DNA of 60,414 nt, counting the filler, from Perkinsus olseni (lineage: Eukaryota), in the NCBI GenBank assembly GCA_013115125.1. It is 2 parts of 2 records of this genome, joined end to end, with 100 filler letters (N's around TTAATTAATTAA, not from the genome) between each part and the next. Parts side by side here need not be neighbours in the genome. Positions count along the whole stretch, not along the records: positions 30,286 to 60,414 come from JABANN010000426.1; 1 more part is not named here. The stretch is one strand, 5' to 3'. The notes beneath the pieces were generated by a model that was not told where the DNA came from, did no database searches, and saw nothing but the letters and a program-made list of their open reading frames with translations. The position numbers and the translations under genes were made by a program. This document shows, in pieces, positions 49,701 to 59,326 of the stretch; position 1 is the stretch's first letter; every line of letters begins with the position of its first letter.

Positions 49701-49831
49701 GACGACGCTGGGGCTGCGCCGAAGAGACCACCACCAGAAGCCGGAGCACCTGACGAAGGTGATCAACGGCCGTCTCGAAGGCCAGTACTACCGAAAAGGC
49801 TTCCGCCGCTACTCGAACCTCCGCCGAACAT
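46790..49831 (-). CDS. NUP62: FG-repeat nucleoporin of the Nup62/Nsp1 type, multi-exon
   Basis: Starts MFGGGSSSGGSLF with many GGLFG repeats (48.2-49.8k). C-terminal coiled coils include QLDDMERQLEELM and ALQSLVKILNIHQRSLEHI, matching the Nsp1/Nup62 C-terminal L.KILN.H..SL motif. Ends ...TLTSLEHSG*. Confidence 0.8.
47147..47185 (-). pseudogene. tRNA-Thr-like 3' half forming the 5' part of a Nup62 intron
   Basis: Minus strand reads GTAA GCTGG AGATC CCGGG TTCGAAT CCTGG CGTGGGC A. T stem fully paired (one G-U), perfect B box GGTTCGAATCC, GGGCA end as in many tRNA-Thr. It starts at the GT of an NGT anticodon. Confidence 0.7.
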
Positions 49832-49987
49832 TATTGTAGAAGAGGAGGCTCCGTAGTTGGACAACACACAATTCTGGCAAGAGGATAGCAAAGGCCACCC
49901 CAACACTACAAAGAGGTGGCAGAAATGTGGTATTCAATCGTTAGACAAATTACACAGGCAATCCCGCAAGCAACTTCCAGGGTACAA

Positions 49988-50960
49988 TCATAGTGCATTA
50001 AGCCGCCGCTCCAACTCGGCCTCCTCGGATGCCTGACAGACCGCGACCAGCTGAACGGAACCAAGCACCACCTGGTGACACATACCTGCTGCGCCGACAG
50101 CTTGACCTTGCCAGAGGGGACTTTCTGACCAGCCGGAAGAGCTCCATGGGCCGCAGAGGGGACCTGCAGAAAGGATACTACAGACTACTGAAAAGGCAAG
50201 GGCGTGATGCTACTACGTTAGCTATGGTGTCCACGGCAAGCTCCTCGAGGACCTTATTAACCTCCTGGTCCGTGGCCTCGTCAATGTCCACATCCTAACA
50301 ACATGGTATAGACAACAGCGCTCTACCTTCCCTCTACTACATCAACTGCATCCAGAGTGTCGGTCATGACTCCCTCGATGACGCCCAAGTTCTCCATCTC
50401 CTTCGCCATACCCTCCATGGTCTCCATCAACTCAGGTAGCTTGATCAGAGACGACATAGCCTGCATTATCTACCACCACACCGCCATCAAGAACGACTCC
50501 ACCGTCACCGTCCGACCTGCGTCGAGCCCGCCACTGCCTCCCCCATCTTCATAGTCATCGCCGCCTGCTGCAGCTGCATGCTGATGCTGTTCATCTGCGC
50601 CTTTGCCGTCAACATCCGGTCTCGCGTCTTCCTCGTCCGTACAATCTAGTGATACCATCGCACCTCCGGGACGATCCCCAAAGGACTGCTACCTCCTTCG
50701 CCAGTATCCTCACGCTGGTGACTTCCTTCTTCTTAGCCAAGCCCTTGATCTCCAGCTCAACCTTCTTTTCTTCTCGCTCCATCTTGCCGCATTCTCGGTC
50801 GATTTTCCTCATCTCTGACCGCAAGCTGCGCTGCCACGCCCTGGGGTTACCGGCGGTCCTCTCGAGAATAGTTGAAAGTGTGGTACTACCGTGCCTGCTC
50901 TTTGCTCATCGCCTGCTGCTGGGGCTTTGTCGTGCGGGTGCCGAAGAAGTTGAACTTCAT
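49988..50960 (-). CDS. VPS24: ESCRT-III subunit Vps24/CHMP3 (Snf7 family), multi-exon
   Basis: WQRSLRSEMRKIDRE..EEKKVELEIKGLAKK..VRILAKE, KAQMNSISMQL, MSSLIKLPELMETMEGMAKEM, EVNKVLEEL, MIM1-like end ELERRLNAL*. Confidence 0.88.
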
Positions 50961-51078
50961 TCTCGCCCAATAGAAACTGAATCGGCACCCCCACTGTGAG
51001 GAGAAGCCGAGAATTGGCTCCACAGATACCGCGAGCGCCTACACATTGATCTGAACTAGAACACAACAAAACGGGCCG

Positions 51079-51846
51079 ATGGAAGCATTGCCAGAGTGCA
51101 TCATGACCCGTATGAAGAGTCCGGTGACAAGAGGCATCCGGGAGGGAAGTTCGACGCCACGTCACGTCCGGCAAGAACGGCAGTGCTACCGAGGAACACC
51201 GATTCGACCGCCCTCTCAGAAAGACAAAAGGGTCCTACAGCGGAGCAGAACGACGAGCATGGAATTTGAAGCTGAGGCTTTTGGCAGACTTGTCACAAAA
51301 GTAGGAAGCCTCGTTGAACTGCCTCGTTGTTCGCCCCAAGTGCACCAAACGCCAACACCTCGCGAGCTGGTACGAAAGCGCGGACCACTAGTATGCAGTA
51401 TTGGCGTGATGACAGCCGGCGACGCCCTCTGTGCCGTGAGACGTGGCGATTATACCAGGTACAGCACGATGTATAGAAAAGCGTCCATTTTTACGCTAGG
51501 TGTGAAGAGTACTGTACGACTAAGTCGGGGTATGGAGAGAGTAGGCTCCCTTCTCAAGAAGAGCACTCCCACTCTCCGATCTGATACTGGAGGACAGGCT
51601 GCAATGCAGCCGTGGTCGGTTGACACGCCCAACTCGTCGGACACATCCCAGATTTCCCTCGAGCTGCGCGACAGATCTCTGAACACACCAAGCGACCACC
51701 AACTTCCTGCATGCCAGCGCCCATTTGAGTATACCAAAACTTACTCTCCTAGAGGTATCAACGATGGTCTAGCGGAGAGGCAAAGCAACCCTACTGTGAG
51801 CACCACGATACTGCCGACAGCCGCTGACTCGCCAGCGGCTCCCTAA
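51079..51846 (+). CDS. Hypothetical protein
   Basis: 255 aa ATG-initiated ORF, head-to-head with VPS24 (118 bp between the start codons). No recognisable domain. Confidence 0.45.
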   Translation: MEALPECIMTRMKSPVTRGIREGSSTPRHVRQERQCYRGTPIRPPSQKDKRVLQRSRTTSMEFEAEAFGRLVTKVGSLVELPRCSPQVHQTPTPRELVRKRGPLVCSIGVMTAGDALCAVRRGDYTRYSTMYRKASIFTLGVKSTVRLSRGMERVGSLLKKSTPTLRSDTGGQAAMQPWSVDTPNSSDTSQISLELRDRSLNTPSDHQLPACQRPFEYTKTYSPRGINDGLAERQSNPTVSTTILPTAADSPAAP

Positions 51847-52513
51847 TACTACCCTTACCGGCCCGTTCACGGACTACAGGAACCCTGAAAGATCTTCGGC
51901 AGCTCCAATTAACCTTCCCCGCATCTTGCAACGGCTGAATGGTGATCTGACCTAACGACACTAACAAGTTCAACCGCGTTACGCGCTAAAACCCTACACG
52001 TCAACTTCCTCGCCGTTACGTTCTAGGATGATACGGCAAAACCAGCGAGCTCTCGAAAGGGATGACCAGAGACAAAGAGGCTATCACAGCCACTCGGCAA
52101 TCCTGGGTAAGAGAACACCGACGTTGGTTGCTTTCATAATACAGACCAGTCCTTGTGTGAGAAACTCCATCTCTCAATTGATAAAAACAGGTGCGGCGGG
52201 GGCTACCCACACCGAGACAAAAAACAGTACAATTATCCTTAACGTTAACAGCTACGTCGAGTTAGCATAAGAGCATAAGATTGAACTAATGTTACATATA
52301 GTTCACGTTGGTAAGGTAAAACAATCTGCCCGCCCCAACCACATAAGACAACCTGAAGATACCTCCAAGTTTTCAGGTATCCTGCCGGCGACAGCACAGA
52401 AGTAGTGGCTTTGTGACAGGACAAGGGAGATGTCGCCATGGAGATTAGTGAGGGAAGCCTAGGGCGACCAACGGCTGATTCAGATGGCTAATAACAGCGA
52501 CGTACCACAAGCT

Positions 52514-53884
52514 TCATTTACAAACGACTGTTATGCCGGCTCTCAACCTCCTCCTATTGAAATTATACAGGAAGGCCCATAGAGTAAAAATGACAGTAAA
52601 AGTAGCAACAACAGCCCAGAGGCCCTTGTACATAACAGTAATCCTCAACCTCAACAGTGTGAGGCCGATGAACGTTAATAAGGCCTGAAGTCCGTAGCAG
52701 AAGATGTTGTTGATCATGCACAACATGGCATACAGGTTTTCGCCGCCATTTTCGACCGTAGTATCCTTCATAACACGGCCGTTTTCTGCCTGGACAAAGG
52801 CATTGACGAAATAGTAAGTAGTAAAGTAGATAACAAATGAGCTGCACATGGGTATGATCTTCTCCCACCAAGCCATCACGGTTACTGCGATCAATGAGAA
52901 CCAAGCAAACACTCCCACTGTCAAATGAGGATGCTTTTCTGCCCAGTTCGAGAGACGCTTGTACGAGGCGACCAAGGCCGAGCATGTGCCGAAGACTTGG
53001 GAAATAGCGACTACCGTACCGTTGTAGTTGGGCACGCCATCACGCGTAGCAATGACATCATAGAGGGAGGTCTCGTAGCCATAGAGGATACCGTAACAGG
53101 CTGCTGCTCCGATCCACCATATGATGATGATCAGATACGGTATGTGACCATAAGACAACTTCAACGTCTTCTTCACCTCAGAAGGACGAGGCGCCTTAGG
53201 CCTGTCGACAGCCGTTAAGAAGAAGACCACCACGGCCGAGGCACAGAGAGAGGCCATAGACACATACAGTAGAACATCGTAACTCAGGCCCCACTGGTTC
53301 AACATCAGGTCACCGAGAACTCCTGAGGAGCCGTGAGAGCTCACGTGGCAGGCTAAGGTATAGGAAGCTATCCTCTGATAATCCTTCTTGGCGACCAAGT
53401 GAAAGATGTAACCATAGAAGATAACCTCGGCAGCAGACCCGCAGGCGTAACATGCTTGGCAAAGTTGCATTTGCCAAACCTCGGTACCAAACAACAGCAG
53501 CAGTCTCGTAGCCACTCTCCCGAGTGACCCGCAGAAAAGGACAATTCGACAACCGAGGAACTCCGCAATAAAACCCGAAATGAAAATGAGGACCAATGAC
53601 GAGTAAGTCCAAACAGGAAAGATCTCGTTGTTGATCTGGGCTTCGGTGAATCCCTTCACCTGCCTCAGGAACGCTGGTAGATGAGGCTCAGGGGGTTTGA
53701 ACTCCAACAAAAATATGTACAGGCAGACCTTAAACGCCTCTTTCTTGAAACGCTGGCTGAGACGTATGTCTTTCACGGACTCAACGGACTCGTCCACCTC
53801 GACTTCATTGGTATCATCACCGCTGTCGACCTCGGAATCGGATACCGTAGCCACCTTCAGACGATTGTGATGTGCCATGCCCAT
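52514..53884 (-). CDS. SLC19 family reduced-folate/thiamine carrier (MFS), intronless
   Basis: EFKPPEPHLPAFL..FTEAQINNEIFPVWTYS is the SLC19 N-terminal signature. Also EVIFYGYIFHLV..YQRIASY and NYNGTVVA, with about 12 hydrophobic segments. Confidence 0.9.
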   Translation of the reverse strand: MGMAHHNRLKVATVSDSEVDSGDDTNEVEVDESVESVKDIRLSQRFKKEAFKVCLYIFLLEFKPPEPHLPAFLRQVKGFTEAQINNEIFPVWTYSSLVLIFISGFIAEFLGCRIVLFCGSLGRVATRLLLLFGTEVWQMQLCQACYACGSAAEVIFYGYIFHLVAKKDYQRIASYTLACHVSSHGSSGVLGDLMLNQWGLSYDVLLYVSMASLCASAVVVFFLTAVDRPKAPRPSEVKKTLKLSYGHIPYLIIIIWWIGAAACYGILYGYETSLYDVIATRDGVPNYNGTVVAISQVFGTCSALVASYKRLSNWAEKHPHLTVGVFAWFSLIAVTVMAWWEKIIPMCSSFVIYFTTYYFVNAFVQAENGRVMKDTTVENGGENLYAMLCMINNIFCYGLQALLTFIGLTLLRLRITVMYKGLWAVVATFTVIFTLWAFLYNFNRRRLRAGITVVCK

Positions 53885-54998
53885 TACAATTCAACAACGT
53901 GATTGACGAGGAAGAGAGTGATGGTAATAGTCAAAGAGTCTGTATCAGAGCCTCGAGTGCTCTGTCTAACCTCTAGCATTTACTTGTGTGCGCTAGTGCA
54001 GAGTTATGCGTCACTGCGACAGCAAGAGGTTGGGGGGAATGCCAGAGAGCAAGCCCCTAACTCAGGGTTTGAGAGAAGGTCTCGCAAGAGAGCAAATTCA
54101 AGCAAGTGCGCGAATGATGGAAGAATGGGTGTGTTCCGGTACCGCAACCGCATTGTACCGGCGTACCAGGGCTTCCATAGTCATAGAGCGTGACAAGTCT
54201 CACTGCGATTGCTGACTTGGCACTGTTCCGAATAAGGAAACGGGCCTCGATCGGTCTTAAATCGTCAAACTTGTGATGATCGGGTCTGATTCCCCGGATA
54301 TTTGCGCCCTCCTTCCCCGCAACAGTTCGACGTTGGGCAGTGCAATTACGAGTGGCTCTGCCCGAGGGATTCTGTGATAGAGATGACGACACAAGACTTG
54401 ATGGGTTTCTTCCTCAGTATTAGTCCGAAACCTTAACGCTTAAGATAAGATTCCTCTCAAACGAGGCTTTCGCTCTGAGGCGACGTCGGACGCGCTGTCC
54501 GGTAGCGAAATCCCCACACCATTCTGTTAGCAGATACGGGAACTTCTCATAGCCACTATCTTAAGGGCGTGAGAAGGGTACGAGGATCTTGTATAGAAAC
54601 TTCCTATGGAATGGGCCTCAACACAGAGGCGTGTGTACGTGTATGGCAGGTTTGGCCTATATGTTGTACCGGAGAGCTCGCCCGCCCCTCAGCGACGATG
54701 ATGCCTACAGACCCAGAGGTACTCGGCCGCCTCAAACATATGACGGGAATTTCCGTTCGAAGATTCTGAACTTCAGAACTCGTGGCATCTCAGTCTCCAA
54801 GAGGGTCCAGAATCTGAAGTGAATTCTTCCGGCCGTGAAGAGCGGTTTCGCAAGAGCGTGGAACCACGATTAACAAGTTTTCGGCGCCCGAAATAGTTTT
54901 AGTTCGCTCCACGACTTTGACGACCTGGCGGAGCAGATAAGAGGAAAACTCGGCATACACAACTACTTCCCCAGAAAATCCACGTCTGCCGAGTTACA

Positions 54999-55462
54999 GG
55001 GTCTATTTCAAAAGTCTCCTTAAACGAGGCCTTCTTGAACCTCTTGGGCCTATTTCAAAAGTCTCCTTAAAGAGGACTTCTTGAAGTTCTTAAGCGTGAA
55101 ACGGCTGGATTTTTCTTAATCCGAGTTCACAAGACCGCCTCAATAACCTAAAGAAGGCTTCCTTTATCCATCTGCTTCCTACGAGCTAAGAAGCACTCCC
55201 TTAAGAACGCTTCATGAGGCAAAAAAGCACCACCTTCTTTCCCAGTTCAATGAAATTCAATGCCTCAATGAATTAGCGCGGGTTTCAACGCGGGTTCAAT
55301 CAGGACACCTATTTCTTGATGAGTTTTATGGCTTGAGAAGCTGAATAAGGCTTCTTAAGGTATAAGAAGTCAGCATTGACGAAGGAAAATCTTTTGAAAC
55401 AGGCTGTGCTTCTTTCTCATACCTCAAGAAGTGCTTCTTGAGCGAGACTTTGCAATAGGCCC
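54999..55462. mobile_element. Non-autonomous DNA transposon (MITE), PIF/Harbinger-like
   Basis: Left end GGGTCTATTTCAAAAGTCTC (repeated at 55046 as GGGCCTATTTCAAAAGTCTC). Right end reverse-complements to GGGCCTATTGCAAAGTCTC, with similarity extending about 40 bp. Both ends are flanked by ACA (54996-54998, 55463-55465), a 3-bp TSD. No coding capacity. Confidence 0.75.
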
Positions 55463-56004
55463 ACAAGCTGGAACGCATCCGCATCGCAGTGAATAGATCG
55501 ATTTGCCGCGCGCAGCAACTTGAGTCACGCGCCACAAAATTCCCAGAAGCGACTGAATTTCGACGCGGCGTATCTTTGACAAGTAAGGGTCAGTGCAGGG
55601 TTCTCAATGCGAATGCCAGTGACTGTCCGTAAAATCTTATGACAATACGTAACATAATCTAAATCTTTTTGATAATTCAATGGTACAGATCGCGTGTTAA
55701 TGCGTATTGAGCGATGTAGAAGATAGCACGTCAAACCCCCTTACGTTCACCGCTCGCATGTTGGTATAAAAACTGCACTGAATAAAGACCACCACTCCTT
55801 AGGATCCAATGGGCGGTGCCTTTCAAAGAGTTGATAGCGACCCATGATTTACTGGGTGTGTGGTATAACCTCATGGCGTACCTGGCGTTGTGGCTTATGT
55901 CACTCGTACCGTTTCGACAGCCGCTGATCTGTTGAACGCTTTCAGTTCATACTTCAGTAGTCCTTCCGTCCCGCACAGTTTCTCTCTCGGCCGAGGAAGA
56001 CCGA

Positions 56005-57261
56005 ATGACCACCAATGAATTAGTCAGCGTGGAGAAGTCGTCGTACCGCCTCGTCAATGCTCCTTCGGGCACAGTCTTCACTTGCTGGACGGCCCTGTCC
56101 AAAACCATGATAGGCACGGGTATGCTTGCTCTTGCCTACGGCTTCTCAAAGTGCGGTTGGGTGTTGGGCTTCGTTCTCCTGATTCTTTCCGGAGTCGGTG
56201 CTTGCTTCACTTTACATCTGCTCAACATACTGGCGATGAGATCATCAACCCGTCATGTCTCATTTTTTACGATTGCCGAGTCTTGTGCTCCCTGGTCCCG
56301 ATGGATCGTAGACGTCGCCATCGCTGTGAAGTGCATAGGGGTCGGCATATCTTACACTCAAGTGTCTGGTGACACAATCTCACATGTCATTGGTGTCTGG
56401 TCCAACCACGCCCCCGACGACACCCTTCGACGTGCAATGGTCGTCCTCGCAGTGCTCGCGCTGGCATCACCCGTATGCTTCGCTCGGAGCATCTCCAAAA
56501 CCGTCATCGTCAATGTCTTGGGCTTACTGGCTATCACCTATGTAGTCGTCCTTGCGGTCGCACTCACCGACTACAACAGCGGTGCCGTCACCCGCTGGGA
56601 TCTACCACCTACTGCTTCCTTCTCGTCTGTCTTGTCCGTTGTTCCAACATTTATATTTGCTTTTACGTGTCATCAGAATATACTTCTTTGCGCTGAAGAC
56701 ATGAAGGATCATTCTCAACGCAAGTTGGATGTCGTTGCCTTCGCGTCCGAAGCGGCAGCTCTTGTACTATTTATACCGGCTATAATTTTCCCCTACCTTG
56801 ACTTCGGTGAAAACACCAGGTCCAACGTTGTTCTGGATTACGATGTGGAGCACAATATCGCTGTGCAAGTGGGCTACCTGTTCTTGGGAATCGCTGAGGC
56901 GGCTGCCTACCCTCTGCAGCTTTTCCCTGCCCGCAAGTCTCTCTTAGTTTTGTTGACACGAGCACAACCCATCAGCCCGAAGGCGGAGTTTAGATTCAGA
57001 ATTATTCTCACAACCTTTATTCTCATTTTGACAGCTGGAATCGCCGTGTCGGTCCGAAGTCTCGGGGTAACTTTATCGTTTGTTGGTATCATCGGCTCCA
57101 ACACCATCTGCTTTATCATGCCGACTTTCTTCTACTGCATCACGATGCACAAAGCAGACGCGAAGAAGGGGCTCAAATGGATTTTATCGGCTGTCGTTTT
57201 CCTTACGACTGTGGCTTTACTGCCGATCTGTCTCTCGGCTGTCATCATCAGTCTTCTCTAG
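56005..57261 (+). CDS. Amino acid/auxin permease (AAAP/SLC38-like) transporter, copy 1, intronless
   Basis: KTMIGTGMLALAYGFSKCGW, FIFAFTCHQN, YPLQLFPARKS, ICFIMPTFFY; about 11 TM segments. Confidence 0.92.
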   Translation: MTTNELVSVEKSSYRLVNAPSGTVFTCWTALSKTMIGTGMLALAYGFSKCGWVLGFVLLILSGVGACFTLHLLNILAMRSSTRHVSFFTIAESCAPWSRWIVDVAIAVKCIGVGISYTQVSGDTISHVIGVWSNHAPDDTLRRAMVVLAVLALASPVCFARSISKTVIVNVLGLLAITYVVVLAVALTDYNSGAVTRWDLPPTASFSSVLSVVPTFIFAFTCHQNILLCAEDMKDHSQRKLDVVAFASEAAALVLFIPAIIFPYLDFGENTRSNVVLDYDVEHNIAVQVGYLFLGIAEAAAYPLQLFPARKSLLVLLTRAQPISPKAEFRFRIILTTFILILTAGIAVSVRSLGVTLSFVGIIGSNTICFIMPTFFYCITMHKADAKKGLKWILSAVVFLTTVALLPICLSAVIISLL

Positions 57262-57795
57262 CCTCGCACGGAGGTGGAATTTTTTATAAGGACCTTTCCG
57301 TCTGTCCAGCTGTCGGTGTTTTCTTGTTTCATGAGGGACGTAACTGTAACTCTTGATCTTATCAGAATTCTTATCTGCCCGATCGATGCGTGTTTGGTTT
57401 GACTCGAGGGAGGTATGGGGATGTCGAGGGGGCATCTCACTCTGCCGGACTCGAGTGTAGATGGATCACTGCTGGGAACTGTCTTCGATGCCTTGCAGGT
57501 GTGTGTGAGTGAGCACTCAGTGGGGCGCTTGTTAACGAGGAGAATGTATGCTCATGTGTATCCCGCAGTCCAGAGTAGTTGACAAGTATTGAACTGTTGC
57601 AGTTCAATACTGGTAAGGGACGGTCTAGTTGTGTCTCCATCTGATTTCGAACCTTAGCGTGCTGCTTTGGGCATGCGTGCACTTTTTCTTGGTTATCCCC
57701 CTTCTTGAGTTGGTCCATTGGCGTGCGGTCTTACCCTAGGTCAATATTGGAAACACTTGCCTTCCTTCTTAGTCTTTCGTCCCTTCAGAGTTGCA

Positions 57796-59079
57796 ATGGA
57801 CGTTAAAGAAGATGTCAGCACGGTTGAAGGCCAACCCGACCTGATCAACATTCGAGACTCGACTTACCGTCTTTCGAAGCCTCCTACAGGAAATGTGTTT
57901 ACCTGCTGGACAGTCCTAGCAAAGACCATGATAGGCACCGGCATGCTAACGCTGGCCTACGGCTTCTCGAAGTGTGGTTGGGTGCTGGGCTTCGTGCTAC
58001 TCGCCTTTGCCGCAGCAGGCGCGGTCTTCACTCTGCATCTCCTGGGCTGCTTGGCTATGCGTTCCCCCACACGCCACGTCACTTTCTATACAATCGCCGA
58101 AGACTGTGCTCCCTGGTCTCGATGGATCGTCGACTTGGCCATCGCTGTCAAGTGCATTGGAGTCGGAATATCGTATATTCAAGTCTCGGCTGACACAATT
58201 TCATTAACCATAAACACATGGGCTAAGCACACGCTTAATCAGACTTCATTACGAGATGTCACTGTAGTACTGCTGGTCCTTCTTGTCTCCCCAATATGTC
58301 TCTCAAAGAGCATCTCACGCACCGTCGTCGTCAACGTCCTCGGCCTTGTCTCGGTTTGTTATGTTGTGATACTCAGTATTTGCATGACCAAAGTGGATGC
58401 TCCAACTCACGCGTCGGTGCCATCGTCTTCTGGATTCATGAATGTTTTGTCTGTCTTTCCTACCTTTATCTTTGCTTTTACGTGTCACCAAAACATGTTC
58501 TTATGTGCTGAGGACCTCAAGGACAGGACTCAGAGGAAACTGGATATCGTTGCTTTTGGATCGGAGGCCGCCGCCCTCTCTCTTTATATACCAGCAATTG
58601 TGTTCCCTTATTTGACATTTGGTAACACAATCTCCTCCAATTTCCTCCTGTCATACGATGCCGACAACTCAGCCGTCATGGTCGCTTATCTACTACTCGG
58701 GATAGCAGAAACGTGTGCCTTTCCTCTGCAGGCTCTTCCGGCAAGGAAGTCCCTCATAGTGCTCGCCCTGCGAGGGAAAGGCTTGTCACCGAAAGCCGAG
58801 TTGTACTCCCGTCTAGGGGTCGGAACGGCTATACTTTTGTTGACCATCGCGGTTGCCCTCAGCGTACATAGCTTGGGTGTCACTCTGTCGTTTGTTGGGG
58901 CAGTGGGCTCTAACACTATAACCTTCATAATGCCGTGCTTCCTCTACTGCATGACCATTCACAAGGCTGGATTGCCGAAGGGCGTCAAATGGGTGCTCGC
59001 TGCTGGGCTTTGTGTTATCGGTCTGATAATACTACCTCTATGCCTGTCATCGCTGATTTATGAGGTGGTTAACAAATGA
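57796..59079 (+). CDS. Amino acid/auxin permease (AAAP/SLC38-like) transporter, copy 2, intronless
   Basis: Same motifs as copy 1 (KTMIGTGMLTLAYGFSKCGW, FIFAFTCHQN, FPLQALPARKS). First ATG (MDVKED) at 57796. Confidence 0.92.
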   Translation: MDVKEDVSTVEGQPDLINIRDSTYRLSKPPTGNVFTCWTVLAKTMIGTGMLTLAYGFSKCGWVLGFVLLAFAAAGAVFTLHLLGCLAMRSPTRHVTFYTIAEDCAPWSRWIVDLAIAVKCIGVGISYIQVSADTISLTINTWAKHTLNQTSLRDVTVVLLVLLVSPICLSKSISRTVVVNVLGLVSVCYVVILSICMTKVDAPTHASVPSSSGFMNVLSVFPTFIFAFTCHQNMFLCAEDLKDRTQRKLDIVAFGSEAAALSLYIPAIVFPYLTFGNTISSNFLLSYDADNSAVMVAYLLLGIAETCAFPLQALPARKSLIVLALRGKGLSPKAELYSRLGVGTAILLLTIAVALSVHSLGVTLSFVGAVGSNTITFIMPCFLYCMTIHKAGLPKGVKWVLAAGLCVIGLIILPLCLSSLIYEVVNK

Positions 59080-59326
59080 ACAGATTCCTGTCAGTAGTCA
59101 CTGTAGCTACCATAGTAGTCTTTTCGGTCTTGTGACCTTCACATTCGTCGCTGCTGTGAGGTCACGTTCTTTTTGACACCTAGTCTCCATCGCCATTTGT
59201 CTTGTGTTGAGGTTTGATAAGTCGAACTCAAAGGGAACGCAAGATAGATGGAATAGCATTAGAAACATGCTCCGGCGTCAAGGCTTTATTTCTTGTACAA
59301 CTGGCCGTAATCGCTGAAGTCGATCG

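Noticed and set aside
48310-49856. Plus-strand ORFs with repeated APKRPPP motifs
   Set aside because: Antisense shadow of the GGLFG-repeat nucleoporin.
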